From: Terriglobia bacterium
GTDB taxonomy: Bacteria > Acidobacteriota > Terriglobia > 20CM-2-55-15
NCBI GenBank assembly: GCA_963664115.2
Contig: CAXWPJ010000006.1
Coordinates: 224,088 to 288,087 of the forward strand
Length of the DNA: 64,000 bases
Direction: 5' to 3'
Shown here: positions 16,098 through 25,240 of the stretch, piece by piece
How the letters are laid out: every line of letters begins with the position of its first letter
Numbering within the stretch: the first letter of the stretch is position 1
The notes under the pieces: model-generated
What the model was told of the DNA's origin: nothing
Seen by the model: the letters and a program-made list of their open reading frames with translations, nothing else
Database searches by the model: none
Made by a program: the position numbers and the translations under genes

Positions 16098-17066
16098 CTA
16101 TTCCTGGGGCGCGACATTGTATTCGCGCGCGCGTTCCAGAATTTCGTCGTTTCGGGTAATCTGCCGGTCGATCTCACGGGGCAGGGTATTCTGCTCATTG
16201 GTTTCCGCCATCGTCCCCGTTGTTTTCAGTTCTTCCAACGCGTTGTAGATGGCTCCCTGCGCGATGTTTTGCAGGAAATTTGCGTACAGGGCTATCTTGA
16301 CGCGAGCTTCGGCGGCGTCCGACATGGGTGTGCCGGCACCCATCGGTCCCATCAGGGCGACATCGATGGCATCCGCTGCGCGCCGATTGCCAGCCAGAGG
16401 CAGGCCCCCCAGGAACAATGCCTCGGCGCCCGCTTCGGCGTACGCCCCTCCGCGTTCAAACGCTTCCGCTTCAGATCTTCCCGCAGCAAGCGCATCCGAG
16501 CGGGCGACGATCACCATCTCGGAACGCGCGTCAACGGCGGCGCGAATTCGATCCACCATCTCCCCGGTCGGAATGACGTCGGCGGTTTGACCGATTCTTT
16601 CGGTACGAATCCTATCCTCGAACATCACGGCCCCGACCCCGGCTCTTTCAAACGCGCGGGTGGTGCGGTACACGGTGAGCGGATTGCCTCCCCCGTTGTC
16701 GGCGTCGGCGAGCATCGGAATGTCGATCTGATCCACGATGCGTGAGGCATATTCGATGAGTTCGGTAAAGGACGTCAGGCCCCAGTCCGGATAGCCGTTC
16801 TCGATGCCGGCCGCTGTCCCGCCCACGAATACAGAAGGGAAGCCCGCGATATTGACGAGGCGCGCCGATTGACCGTCGTAGACCGCGATGCATTCGAACG
16901 GATCGTTTCTGCCGAGCAGTTGGCGAAACCGTCCGCCCATCGATGCTGAGGCATCGGTTTGCGGAACCGGTCCGAAACTGGCCGCGGATACGCGGGGGAG
17001 AGCGGCGATCGCCGCAGCGATTCCACCCAATTGAATGAAGTCTCGCCTGTTTTTCTTCTGACTCAT
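16098..17066 (-). CDS. Isocitrate lyase/PEP mutase superfamily protein with a twin-arginine signal peptide
   Basis: DADNGGGNPLTVYRTTRAFERAGVGAVMFEDR is the ICL/PEPM signature region. The N-terminus MSQKKNRRDFIQLGGIAAAIAALPRVSAA looks like a Tat signal. Confidence 0.8.
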   Translation of the reverse strand: MSQKKNRRDFIQLGGIAAAIAALPRVSAASFGPVPQTDASASMGGRFRQLLGRNDPFECIAVYDGQSARLVNIAGFPSVFVGGTAAGIENGYPDWGLTSFTELIEYASRIVDQIDIPMLADADNGGGNPLTVYRTTRAFERAGVGAVMFEDRIRTERIGQTADVIPTGEMVDRIRAAVDARSEMVIVARSDALAAGRSEAEAFERGGAYAEAGAEALFLGGLPLAGNRRAADAIDVALMGPMGAGTPMSDAAEARVKIALYANFLQNIAQGAIYNALEELKTTGTMAETNEQNTLPREIDRQITRNDEILERAREYNVAPQE

Positions 17067-17068
17067 GG

Positions 17069-17866
17069 TTAAGGTGCCTCCATCTTTAAGTTTGCCTCGA
17101 CCTCAAGCCGGATCATCCTAACATGGCTCTTTCCGGCGTCATCCAGGGGGTACTGTTCGAGATACGCGTTCACGCATTCGGATATAAACCCGTCCCTCAG
17201 TCTCTCCGGCACCTGATGTGTGTATGGTATCCATGTGGTTCGGATCCATCCGGCGAGGCCCTCGTGTCCTTGGTGAGTCATATCTTTTTCGACAAGCTTC
17301 AGACGGGTTGAGGTGAACCCCGCAGCAGGCAACCAAGTTTCATAGTCGTTGGTTGAATGAAAATAGTAGGAGAATTTGAACTCCGAAAAATATTCTTGCC
17401 ACTGTTTCTTGTGGATCACTTTTTCCATTGCGTCCACTATGCCGGCCGCATTGCCTTCGCCGCCACAGGAAACGAGGAGAGTGCCGCGGGATTTTAGAAG
17501 GCGGGCTGCTCCCGCCAGAAAGGCCGGGTGGTCGTCCACCCAGTGGAGAGCTGCGTTAGAGAAAATGATGTCAAAGCTCCGATCCGAAATAAGCTTGCGG
17601 GCATCCATCTGCTCAAATGCAAGGTTGGGGTAACCATCGGACCGATAGTGACCGGAGGCGTATTTGACGAAAGCCGCACTGCTGTCGATGCCAAGGACGA
17701 AACCCTCGGGCAGGGCCCGGGCAAGTTCTGTGGTAACGCCTCCATTCCCACACCCGACGTCGAGTACTGCTTCATCCCCTGCGAGATCGAGACGCGCAAT
17801 GAGCTCGCGAGCCCATGCAAGTTGAGCCTGAGAGTTGTTAGCGTAGTCTTCGGGGTTCCACTCCAC
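17069..17866 (-). CDS. Class I SAM-dependent methyltransferase (trans-aconitate methyltransferase-like)
   Basis: 265 aa. WNPEDYANNSQAQLAWARELIARL..VLDVGCGNGGVT follows the Tam-like N-terminus and SAM motif I. Confidence 0.85.
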   Translation of the reverse strand: MEWNPEDYANNSQAQLAWARELIARLDLAGDEAVLDVGCGNGGVTTELARALPEGFVLGIDSSAAFVKYASGHYRSDGYPNLAFEQMDARKLISDRSFDIIFSNAALHWVDDHPAFLAGAARLLKSRGTLLVSCGGEGNAAGIVDAMEKVIHKKQWQEYFSEFKFSYYFHSTNDYETWLPAAGFTSTRLKLVEKDMTHQGHEGLAGWIRTTWIPYTHQVPERLRDGFISECVNAYLEQYPLDDAGKSHVRMIRLEVEANLKMEAP

Positions 17867-18102
17867 TCTCAGAGATTATGGGATGGGGTGAGCTGACGCA
17901 AATGCCGAGCGAGGTTCAACCGGCGACGGGTAGGGGACAGGTCTCAGCCGTTGAAAACGGGGGGCCACTTCCTCTTGAAGGCACAACAAGTTATAATCTG
18001 CAGTTGCGCTTCCGGCCCCGGGAGCGAGTTGCCATACTGTTTCGATAGTGTTTCGGGAATTTAGAGAAATCCCGCCATCCACTTTCACTGAAGAGATCTA
18101 AA

Positions 18103-19185
18103 GTGCCCCGTTTCGAACAGGCCGAAGCCACTCTGTTGCGTTACAAACTGGATCAGCCCGTGGGCGGATCGGGTGTTGCGGCAATCGACGTCGCATTGGT
18201 CGAACTGAGGGACTCCGATGGTGCGACCGGTCTGGGTTTTTCTTACGTGCTCGACGGTGTCGGTGGGGAAGTTGTCCTGGCCGCGGCCCGCTCCGTGATC
18301 GAAAGGCTTGTCCTCAATCAGCCGTGTGTGCCCCCACAGGCCCTCTGGCGCCACATAGCGGCCAGTTTCAATCGTGGCGGTCTGGGGCCCAATATGGTCG
18401 CGCTGGCGGCCATCGACGTCGCCGCCTGGGACCTCGAAGCGAATCGACGCGGGATGCCCTTGGGCGTGGCCATGGGCGGTGCACCACGCGCTGTTCCCGT
18501 CTATGGGAGTGGCGGTTTTACGGCTGATCAGTCCCCGGCCGAAGCAGCGGAGACGGCGGCTGCCCATGCCGCACGAGGCCTTTCAGCCGTCAAGCCGAGG
18601 GTGCGGGGTGGCACAGGTGATGCAGCATTGATGGGAGCGGTAAGGGCGGCTCTACCTACAGACGCGGAATTGATGTTCGATGCCAACGAAAAATGTGATC
18701 TCATCCGTGCGCGTCGTTTGCTCGCCGAAGCTCGAGACCATGGGGCTCTATTTGTCGAAGAGCCGCTGCCTGCATCTGCCCTCGCCGGTTACCGTTCGTT
18801 GGCGGAAACTGGCCTGAGTGCGCTGGCTGCGGGCGAACACCTTCAGGGGCGCACCGCGTTCCTGCCGTACATTTCGGAACGTCTGGTGGGACTGATACAG
18901 CCCGACCTTTCGATGACGGGTGGATTGACACCCGCGTTAGAGATCGCGACCCTGGCTGAAGCCTTTGACGTGTCGATGTCCCCGCATTTTCTTCCGGGTC
19001 TCTTCGTGCATGTGGCAAGCGTTTCGCCGGCCGTGACATGGCTTGAAGAATTTCCCTTGCTGGAGCCTCTGTTTGAGGGGTGGCCTGAACTTGGTTCAAA
19101 CGGTCTCATGGAACCGCGCGAGGTTCCGGGTCATGGCTTGAGCGTTGCTCGGGATGTCCGGAAGAAATTTGCTCTTCGCGAATGA
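18103..19185 (+). CDS. Enolase-superfamily enzyme (mandelate racemase/muconate lactonizing enzyme family)
   Basis: 360 aa. The capping-domain pattern plus FDANEKCD and FVEEPLP are metal-ligand motifs typical of MR/MLE enzymes. Confidence 0.85.
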   Translation: MPRFEQAEATLLRYKLDQPVGGSGVAAIDVALVELRDSDGATGLGFSYVLDGVGGEVVLAAARSVIERLVLNQPCVPPQALWRHIAASFNRGGLGPNMVALAAIDVAAWDLEANRRGMPLGVAMGGAPRAVPVYGSGGFTADQSPAEAAETAAAHAARGLSAVKPRVRGGTGDAALMGAVRAALPTDAELMFDANEKCDLIRARRLLAEARDHGALFVEEPLPASALAGYRSLAETGLSALAAGEHLQGRTAFLPYISERLVGLIQPDLSMTGGLTPALEIATLAEAFDVSMSPHFLPGLFVHVASVSPAVTWLEEFPLLEPLFEGWPELGSNGLMEPREVPGHGLSVARDVRKKFALRE

Positions 19186-19353
19186 GTTATTATTGTCGCC
19201 TTGCGTAAGCGTAACGAAGGACTAAGCATGGCTATGGTGTGCACGGATTTCCGGATGCCGCTTGGCGGCGTCAAGGGGTCCGGTCACGGTCGAGAACTCG
19301 GTGTCCGTGGTATAAGAGAATTTACGAACTTCAAGACTGTGTGGATTAAATAG
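19186..19353 (+). pseudogene. Orphan 3' fragment of an aldehyde dehydrogenase gene
   Basis: The short open frame ends ..[33 protein letters not shown]-stop. This matches the conserved ALDH C-terminus (PFGGvK.SG.GRE.g..gi.eF...K.v). No N-terminal or catalytic part exists upstream, because the frame opens right after the stop of the preceding gene. Confidence 0.65.
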
Positions 19354-19410
19354 TGACAAGCGAAGCTCGGCTTGACAGGCCGAAAATTCTTCTGATTGGG
19401 TGATCGAAAT

Positions 19411-20292
19411 ATGGCGAAACTTGGGTATGTAGGTTTGGGCGAGATGGGTGGCCTGATGGTGAAGCGTCTGATGGAGAAGGGCCATACCGTAACGGGCTAC
19501 AATCGAACACAGTCGAAGGCTAAGTGGTTGATTGATCTGGGCATGGCGTGGGCCGATTCTCCCCGTGAAGTCTGCGAAGCGTCCGATATGACGCTCTCGA
19601 TGGTCAGCGATTCGAAGGCTGTGACGGAAATCGCGGAAGGACCGGATGGCTTGCTGGCTGGACTCAGCACCGGCAAGATATTGATTGAGATGAGCACGAT
19701 CAAACCCGGAGTGAGTGTCGCGATAGCCGAACGTGCTCGAGAGAAGGGCGGCGACATGGTCGATGTACCTGTTTCCGGCAGCCAACAGACGCTACGGGAT
19801 GGCAAGCTCTCGATGATGGTCGGTGGACGGCCCGAAACCTTCGAGAAGGTGAAGGCGATCCTGGCGGACATCGGCCCACGGACAACTTATATCGGCGAAA
19901 ACGGCCGTGCGCTGGCTATGAAACTCGCGGCCAACATCAGCGTTGCAGTGCAGATCGTGGCTTTCGCTGAAGGGGTCCTGCTTGCAGAGAAGAGCGGCGT
20001 CGATCGTAAGACCGCCGTCGATGTCCTGACCCACAGCGTCATGGGTTCTGCGCTCATACAGTACCGGGGACCGTTCGTTCTCGAAATGCCGGAGCAAGCC
20101 TGGTTCAACGTCAACATGATGCAGAAGGACTTGCTTCTCGCGCTGGAACTTGGTCGCGAGCTTGACACTGTTTTGCCGACGGCCTCGACAGCGAACGACC
20201 TCATGACAGTTTCGAGAGGCATGGGGTTCGCCGATCAGGACTTCGCCGTTGTTTTTAAGACCTTGGAAAGAATGTCTGGAGTTACAGAATGA
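19411..20292 (+). CDS. NAD(P)-dependent oxidoreductase, 3-hydroxyisobutyrate/6-phosphogluconate dehydrogenase-like
   Basis: MAKLGYVGLGEMGGLMVKRLMEKGHTVTGYNRT contains the Rossmann GxGxxG motif, and the rest is typical of the HIBADH family. ATG at 19411 is preferred to the listed TTG at 19396. Confidence 0.9.
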   Translation: MAKLGYVGLGEMGGLMVKRLMEKGHTVTGYNRTQSKAKWLIDLGMAWADSPREVCEASDMTLSMVSDSKAVTEIAEGPDGLLAGLSTGKILIEMSTIKPGVSVAIAERAREKGGDMVDVPVSGSQQTLRDGKLSMMVGGRPETFEKVKAILADIGPRTTYIGENGRALAMKLAANISVAVQIVAFAEGVLLAEKSGVDRKTAVDVLTHSVMGSALIQYRGPFVLEMPEQAWFNVNMMQKDLLLALELGRELDTVLPTASTANDLMTVSRGMGFADQDFAVVFKTLERMSGVTE

Positions 20293-21278
20293 CAAAATCT
20301 GCGAATCCCCACACTGCGGTTGAAGTCGAACAATGGCTTCGCATGTATCGGGGCATGCAAAAAATCCGATTGTTTGAGGATGCGGCGAACGAGCTCTACA
20401 CCGCAGCGATCATGCCGGGGTTGGCACACCTTTACTCGGGCGAGGAAGCAATTGCCGTGGGTGTATGCGAAGCGCTTCGGAGGGAAGACTACATTACCAG
20501 TACGCACCGTGGGCACGGCCATTGTGTTGCGAAGGGAGCGGATCTGGACCGGATGTTCGCTGAATTACTGGGCAAGCGAGCCGGCTACTGCAAGGGGAAG
20601 GGCGGTTCGATGCACATCGCTGACCCCGATACGGGCAATCTGGGCGCCAACGCCATTGTCGGTGGAAGCATTGGCATCGCAACGGGTGCGGCGTTTTCGG
20701 CCAAGCGGCTCGGGACAGACCTGGTTGCGGTCTGTTTCTTCGGTGACGGGGCACTTGGACAGGGATTGCTTTACGAGGCCATGAACATGGCCGCCCTCTG
20801 GAAGCTGCCCGTTATCTACGTTTGCGAGAACAATCTATACAACGAGTACACGCACAATTCCGAAACGCTCGCGGGCAACATCTTGGAACGCGGCTCGGCT
20901 TTTGGAGTGCCGGGTCATCATGTGGACGGCCAGGACGTGCGCGCCGTTTACGAAATTACAAACGGTCTTGTGGACCGAGCCCGCAAAGGTGAGGGCCCGT
21001 CCTACCTGGTTGCCGATACCTACCGTTTCCACGGGCATCACGTGGGCGATATCAATCGTACGTATTATCGTTCCAAGGAAGAAGAGAAGGAGTGGAAAAC
21101 CAATCGCGATCCCATCAAGAATTTCGGTGCGTGGTTGGTAGCCGAACAGATTGCCGATAGCAACAGTCTGAGTCAGATCGAGGCTGAAGTGCAGAGCGAA
21201 ATCGACGCGGCCGTCCAGTTTGCGAAGGACGCCCCCTACCCGGCTGTCGAAGAGGTGGATCAAGATGTCTATGCCTGA
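20289..21278 (+). CDS. Thiamine-diphosphate-dependent 2-oxo acid/acetoin dehydrogenase E1 alpha subunit
   Basis: 329 aa. YRGHGH, GKGGSMH, FFGDGA..QG and ENN.Y motifs are present. The start overlaps the previous stop (ATGA). Confidence 0.9.
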   Translation: MTKSANPHTAVEVEQWLRMYRGMQKIRLFEDAANELYTAAIMPGLAHLYSGEEAIAVGVCEALRREDYITSTHRGHGHCVAKGADLDRMFAELLGKRAGYCKGKGGSMHIADPDTGNLGANAIVGGSIGIATGAAFSAKRLGTDLVAVCFFGDGALGQGLLYEAMNMAALWKLPVIYVCENNLYNEYTHNSETLAGNILERGSAFGVPGHHVDGQDVRAVYEITNGLVDRARKGEGPSYLVADTYRFHGHHVGDINRTYYRSKEEEKEWKTNRDPIKNFGAWLVAEQIADSNSLSQIEAEVQSEIDAAVQFAKDAPYPAVEEVDQDVYA

Positions 21279-22266
21279 AACTCAAACTGCAGTACGTCAA
21301 CTCACACTGGGCGACGCTGTTCGCGAGGCGCTCAGCGAAGAATTACGGCGCGATCCAACTGTTCTCATTCTCGGCGAAGATATAGCCGAGGCCGGAACCG
21401 CCTTCAAGGTCCTGACCGGTATGGTCGATGAGTTTGGGCCTGAGCGCATCCTGGATACGCCAATATCGGAACCGGGCTTTACCGGAATCGCAGTCGGTGC
21501 TGCGATGACGGGTCTGCGTCCGGTGGTGGACATCATGTTTGGTGATTTCATTGGGCTCACCATGGATCAGATGGCGAACCAGGCCGCGAAGATCCACTAC
21601 ATGTCGGGGGGCAAGTGGAAAGTTCCGATGGTCATGCGGACGACACTGGGCGCAACCAGACGGACCGCGGCGCAGCACTCGCAATCACTGCAAGCATGGT
21701 TCTGTCACGTGCCGGGATTGAAGGTTGTCATGCCGTCGACGCCTTACGATGCCAAGGGACTGATGAAAACCGCTATCCGGGACGACAATCCCGTGGTGAT
21801 TTTCGAAGACAAAATGATGTACGGGCTGAAAGGTCCGGTCCCTGAAGAGGAGTACACGATTCCTTTGGGTGTGGCCGACATTAAACGTGAAGGCGATGAC
21901 CTGACGATTGTGGCGACCAGCAGCATGGTACAGGTGGCATTGGGTGCGGCTAATATGCTGGAAGAACACGACATCAGCGCCGAAGTGGTCGATCCGCGCA
22001 CGCTGTGGCCGCTCGATGAGCAGACCATTCTGGAATCGGTGAAGAAAACCTCACGTGCAATCGTCATGGACGAAGGGTACGGGCGATACGGCGTCATGGC
22101 CGAGCTCGCTGCGGTGATTGCGGAAGGTGCTTTCTTTGATCTGGAAGCACCCGTAAAGAGAATAGGAGCGATGCATGTTCCTATTCCGTTTTCTCCTCCG
22201 CTGGAAGATGCGACCGTGCCGACCGAAGAGATGGTGTTTGAGGCCGCGAAGGAACTCTGCGGTTAG
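21265..22266 (+). CDS. 2-oxo acid/acetoin dehydrogenase E1 beta subunit
   Basis: The transketolase-like pyrimidine-binding and C-terminal domains are recognisable (LTLGDAVREAL, GEDI, DTPISE.GF.G.A.GAA..G.RP). ATG at 21265 overlaps the E1 alpha stop by 14 nt. The listed ORF start at 21220 is inside E1 alpha. Confidence 0.9.
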   Translation: MSMPETQTAVRQLTLGDAVREALSEELRRDPTVLILGEDIAEAGTAFKVLTGMVDEFGPERILDTPISEPGFTGIAVGAAMTGLRPVVDIMFGDFIGLTMDQMANQAAKIHYMSGGKWKVPMVMRTTLGATRRTAAQHSQSLQAWFCHVPGLKVVMPSTPYDAKGLMKTAIRDDNPVVIFEDKMMYGLKGPVPEEEYTIPLGVADIKREGDDLTIVATSSMVQVALGAANMLEEHDISAEVVDPRTLWPLDEQTILESVKKTSRAIVMDEGYGRYGVMAELAAVIAEGAFFDLEAPVKRIGAMHVPIPFSPPLEDATVPTEEMVFEAAKELCG

Positions 22267-22416
22267 CAAGAGCCGGGGGGTTTTCGATCAGTACCAGCCG
22301 CTCAAATTAAGGGTGTGAGCGGCAGCATTGGCGCGGTGGAGCTCGAGCCTCTAGCCCTTGATCCGTAAGGAATTTTCAACTATTCTCACCTCATCCTAAG
22401 TCGAGAGAGAGGACCT

Positions 22417-23802
22417 ATGATCCAAGAGCCCGTTTCAGTCGAAAACACGCAGGTTCAAGAACTTGTGGCCCAAGCCCATGTGGCGCAAGCAGAGTTCGAA
22501 TCATTTTCTCAGGAGAAAGTGGACGCGATCGTCAAAGGCATTGGTAAATATGTTTACGATAATGCCGCCGAGCTGGCGAGGCTTGCCGTCGATGAGACTG
22601 AAATCGGCGTTTATGACGACAAAGTTCTCAAGAACAAAGGCAAGGCCCGCATTATCTGGAACAGCCTGAAAGGCAAAAAGTCCCGAGGCATCATTGGCGA
22701 GGACTCCGAGGCCAACATGATATTCGTGGCCAAACCCATGGGCGTGGTCGGAGCCGTGACACCGATCACCAATCCCATCGTGACGCCAATGTGCAACGCC
22801 ATGTTCGCCATCAAGACCGGAAACTCGGTGATTTTTGCGCCCCATCCCAAGGCCCAGAAATGCACCAAGGTTCTGACTGAGGCCTTCATGAAGGTAGTGA
22901 AAGACAACGGTGGACCGGACCACCTGGTTCAGACCTTGACGCACGTATCGATTGAAGCAACCCAGGAACTGATGCAGGCGGTGAATGTGATCGTCGCCAC
23001 CGGAGGCGGGGCCATGGTGAAGGCCGCTTACTCCTCGGGCAATCCTTCCTTTGGAGTGGGAGCCGGTAATGTGCCTGTGATCGTGGATGAGGATGCGGAG
23101 CTCGCCGACGCCACAGAAAAGATCGTCGCCGGCGCATCTTTCGACAACGGCATCATTTGCTCTCACGAACAGTTCGTCCTGGTTCCGGATGAGAAATACG
23201 CCGCAGCGCTGGAATCGTTTGAGGCGACGGGCAAGGTGTGGTTCACCGAAGACGAAACAGTGGTTCAGAAGTTCCGGGATGTCGTGTTTCCGGACGGTCA
23301 ACTCAACAGGGACGTGGTCGGCAAGTCCTGCCGGGAAATCGGGGCGCTGGCGGGAGCCGATGTGCCTGAAACTGCCCGTATCATCCTCCTCCCCGCCAGG
23401 GGCGCGGGCTCAGAGGACGTTCTGGCGAAGGAAAAACTTTGTCCTGTAGTTGCTATCCTTCCCTATAAGGATTTCAAGGAAGCTGTTGCCAAGGCGAAAG
23501 CCAATCTTCTGGTGGAAGGTGCGGGGCACTCTGCCGGCCTGCATTCCGGGAACGAAGCCAACATCCGCTACGCCGGTCTGGAACTGCCCATAAGCCGTCT
23601 GGTTGTGAACCAACCGTGTTCCTTCGCCGCCGGCGGTTCACTGACCAACGGTTTCGCCGCAACCACCACTCTCGGGTGCGGTTCCTGGGGTGGCAACTCA
23701 ATTTCAGAAAATCTGGATTACAAACACCTGATGAACGTTTCGCGAATCGGCAAGGTGATCGCGGACAAAAAGGTTCCGACGGACGATGAAATCTGGGCAT
23801 GA
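22417..23802 (+). CDS. CoA-acylating (acetylating) aldehyde dehydrogenase, EutE/PduP/AdhE-N-terminal type
   Basis: 461 aa. AQAEFESFSQEKVDAIV...DETEIGVYDDKVLKN... parallels the AdhE N-terminal aldehyde dehydrogenase domain. Confidence 0.85.
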   Translation: MIQEPVSVENTQVQELVAQAHVAQAEFESFSQEKVDAIVKGIGKYVYDNAAELARLAVDETEIGVYDDKVLKNKGKARIIWNSLKGKKSRGIIGEDSEANMIFVAKPMGVVGAVTPITNPIVTPMCNAMFAIKTGNSVIFAPHPKAQKCTKVLTEAFMKVVKDNGGPDHLVQTLTHVSIEATQELMQAVNVIVATGGGAMVKAAYSSGNPSFGVGAGNVPVIVDEDAELADATEKIVAGASFDNGIICSHEQFVLVPDEKYAAALESFEATGKVWFTEDETVVQKFRDVVFPDGQLNRDVVGKSCREIGALAGADVPETARIILLPARGAGSEDVLAKEKLCPVVAILPYKDFKEAVAKAKANLLVEGAGHSAGLHSGNEANIRYAGLELPISRLVVNQPCSFAAGGSLTNGFAATTTLGCGSWGGNSISENLDYKHLMNVSRIGKVIADKKVPTDDEIWA

Positions 23803-23837
23803 GACCTGCCCGTAATTGCCGTTTCAGTTTGATCCGA

Positions 23838-23861
23838 CTGCCCTTCGGGCCCGAAGGGCAG
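23838..23861. terminator. Perfect 24 bp palindrome downstream of the aldehyde dehydrogenase gene
   Basis: CTGCCCTTCGGG/CCCGAAGGGCAG. No T-run follows, so its role (terminator, attenuator or RNA stabiliser) is uncertain. Confidence 0.4.
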
Positions 23862-23999
23862 GAATCTTGATTCACATCCTGAGCCCGCGCCTCCCGCAAG
23901 CGGGACAGTTCTGGAGATAATCGCAGACAGCGCAAAAACAGAGTAAGTGCGGGTTACAGACTGAAGGCTTCCGTCTTACAACAAACAGAAGTAGAGGTT

Positions 24000-25208
24000 A
24001 TGGCTAAAAACGTAGTGATGCCTGCGCTCGAGATGGCGCAGGAAACGGGCACGATTGTTTCGTGGCTTAAAAAAGAAGGCGACGCTGTTACCAAGGGCGA
24101 GCCGCTTCTGGAAATCGAGACCGACAAGGCAACGGTTGAAATAGAGGCTCTTGCCAACGGTGTCCTCGCCGGAGTCAAGGCCGCCGAAGGCGACGAAATA
24201 CCGGTCGGCGAGACGATCGCATGGATCGTCGCTCCCGGCGAAGAGCCGCCAAAGGAGTCCGCATCGGCAACTTCCGGACGGAGCATGTCTCAGAAGGCCC
24301 GATCGAGTTCCGATTCAAACCCTCCGGGGGCGAAGGCCTCTGCCGCTGGCCGGAAGAAAAAGACGGGTGCTGGCGGGAAGGTATCTCCAAAGGCCCGACG
24401 CCTTGCTAAAGAGCATGGTGTCGATCTCGCGACCGTTGAGGGAACAGGCCCGGACGGTGCGATTACCGGCGAGGACGTTCTCGCTGCCCGGGAGTCTGCA
24501 TCGTCTGATGGTGGGGAGTCCACCGCTGCTACTGCGCCCCTCAGTGCAGTTGCTCGCCTGATGGCCGAGCGGACCACCCAGAGTTGGAATCAGGCCCCCC
24601 ACTTTTTCCTGACGCGTGATGTTGACGCCGTCGCACTCAATGATTTCCGTGCGAGAGTTCGACCGGGTATCGAGAAAGACAAGGAGATCAAGGTAACACA
24701 CACCGATATTCTGGTTGCTTTGATCGGAAGGGTACTGGTCAAGCACCCCAAGATGAATGCGAGTTGGGAGGGCAAGGGGATCCGTTTAAATCCAGAGGTC
24801 AACGTCTGCATCGCCATGGCCGTGGAGGATGGTGTCGTAAGTCCGGTGATTCCTGAAACCAACACAGCGGAACTGGGCGATATCGCAATGCGGCGCCGAG
24901 ACCTGGCCGAGCGTGCCCGGGCGGGTAAACTGCGTCCAGCAGACATCACCGGAGGGAATTTTACGGTCAGCAACCTGGGGATGTTCGCGATCGATGCTTT
25001 CACAGCAATCATCGTGCCGCCGCAGGCGGCAATACTCGCGGTCGGAGCCATTGCCGACCGGGTGGTGCCCGTCGATGGCCAACCCGGCATCCGTCCAACC
25101 ATGACGATGACATTATCGAGCGACCATCGTGTGGTCGATGGCGCTCAGGCCGCACTCTTCCTCAACGACCTGGTTGAAGCGATTAAAGATCCGGAAAAAG
25201 TGATGTAG
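24000..25208 (+). CDS. Dihydrolipoamide acyltransferase (E2) with one lipoyl domain
   Basis: Lipoyl-lysine motif EIETDKATVEIEA, an Ala/Pro/Ser-rich linker, a peripheral-subunit-binding domain (SPKARRLAKEHGVDL) and a catalytic domain ending SSDHRVVDGA. Confidence 0.95.
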   Translation: MAKNVVMPALEMAQETGTIVSWLKKEGDAVTKGEPLLEIETDKATVEIEALANGVLAGVKAAEGDEIPVGETIAWIVAPGEEPPKESASATSGRSMSQKARSSSDSNPPGAKASAAGRKKKTGAGGKVSPKARRLAKEHGVDLATVEGTGPDGAITGEDVLAARESASSDGGESTAATAPLSAVARLMAERTTQSWNQAPHFFLTRDVDAVALNDFRARVRPGIEKDKEIKVTHTDILVALIGRVLVKHPKMNASWEGKGIRLNPEVNVCIAMAVEDGVVSPVIPETNTAELGDIAMRRRDLAERARAGKLRPADITGGNFTVSNLGMFAIDAFTAIIVPPQAAILAVGAIADRVVPVDGQPGIRPTMTMTLSSDHRVVDGAQAALFLNDLVEAIKDPEKVM

Positions 25209-25240
25209 TCTCCGCCCCGCCCCAAGTGCCCGTCCCAGCC

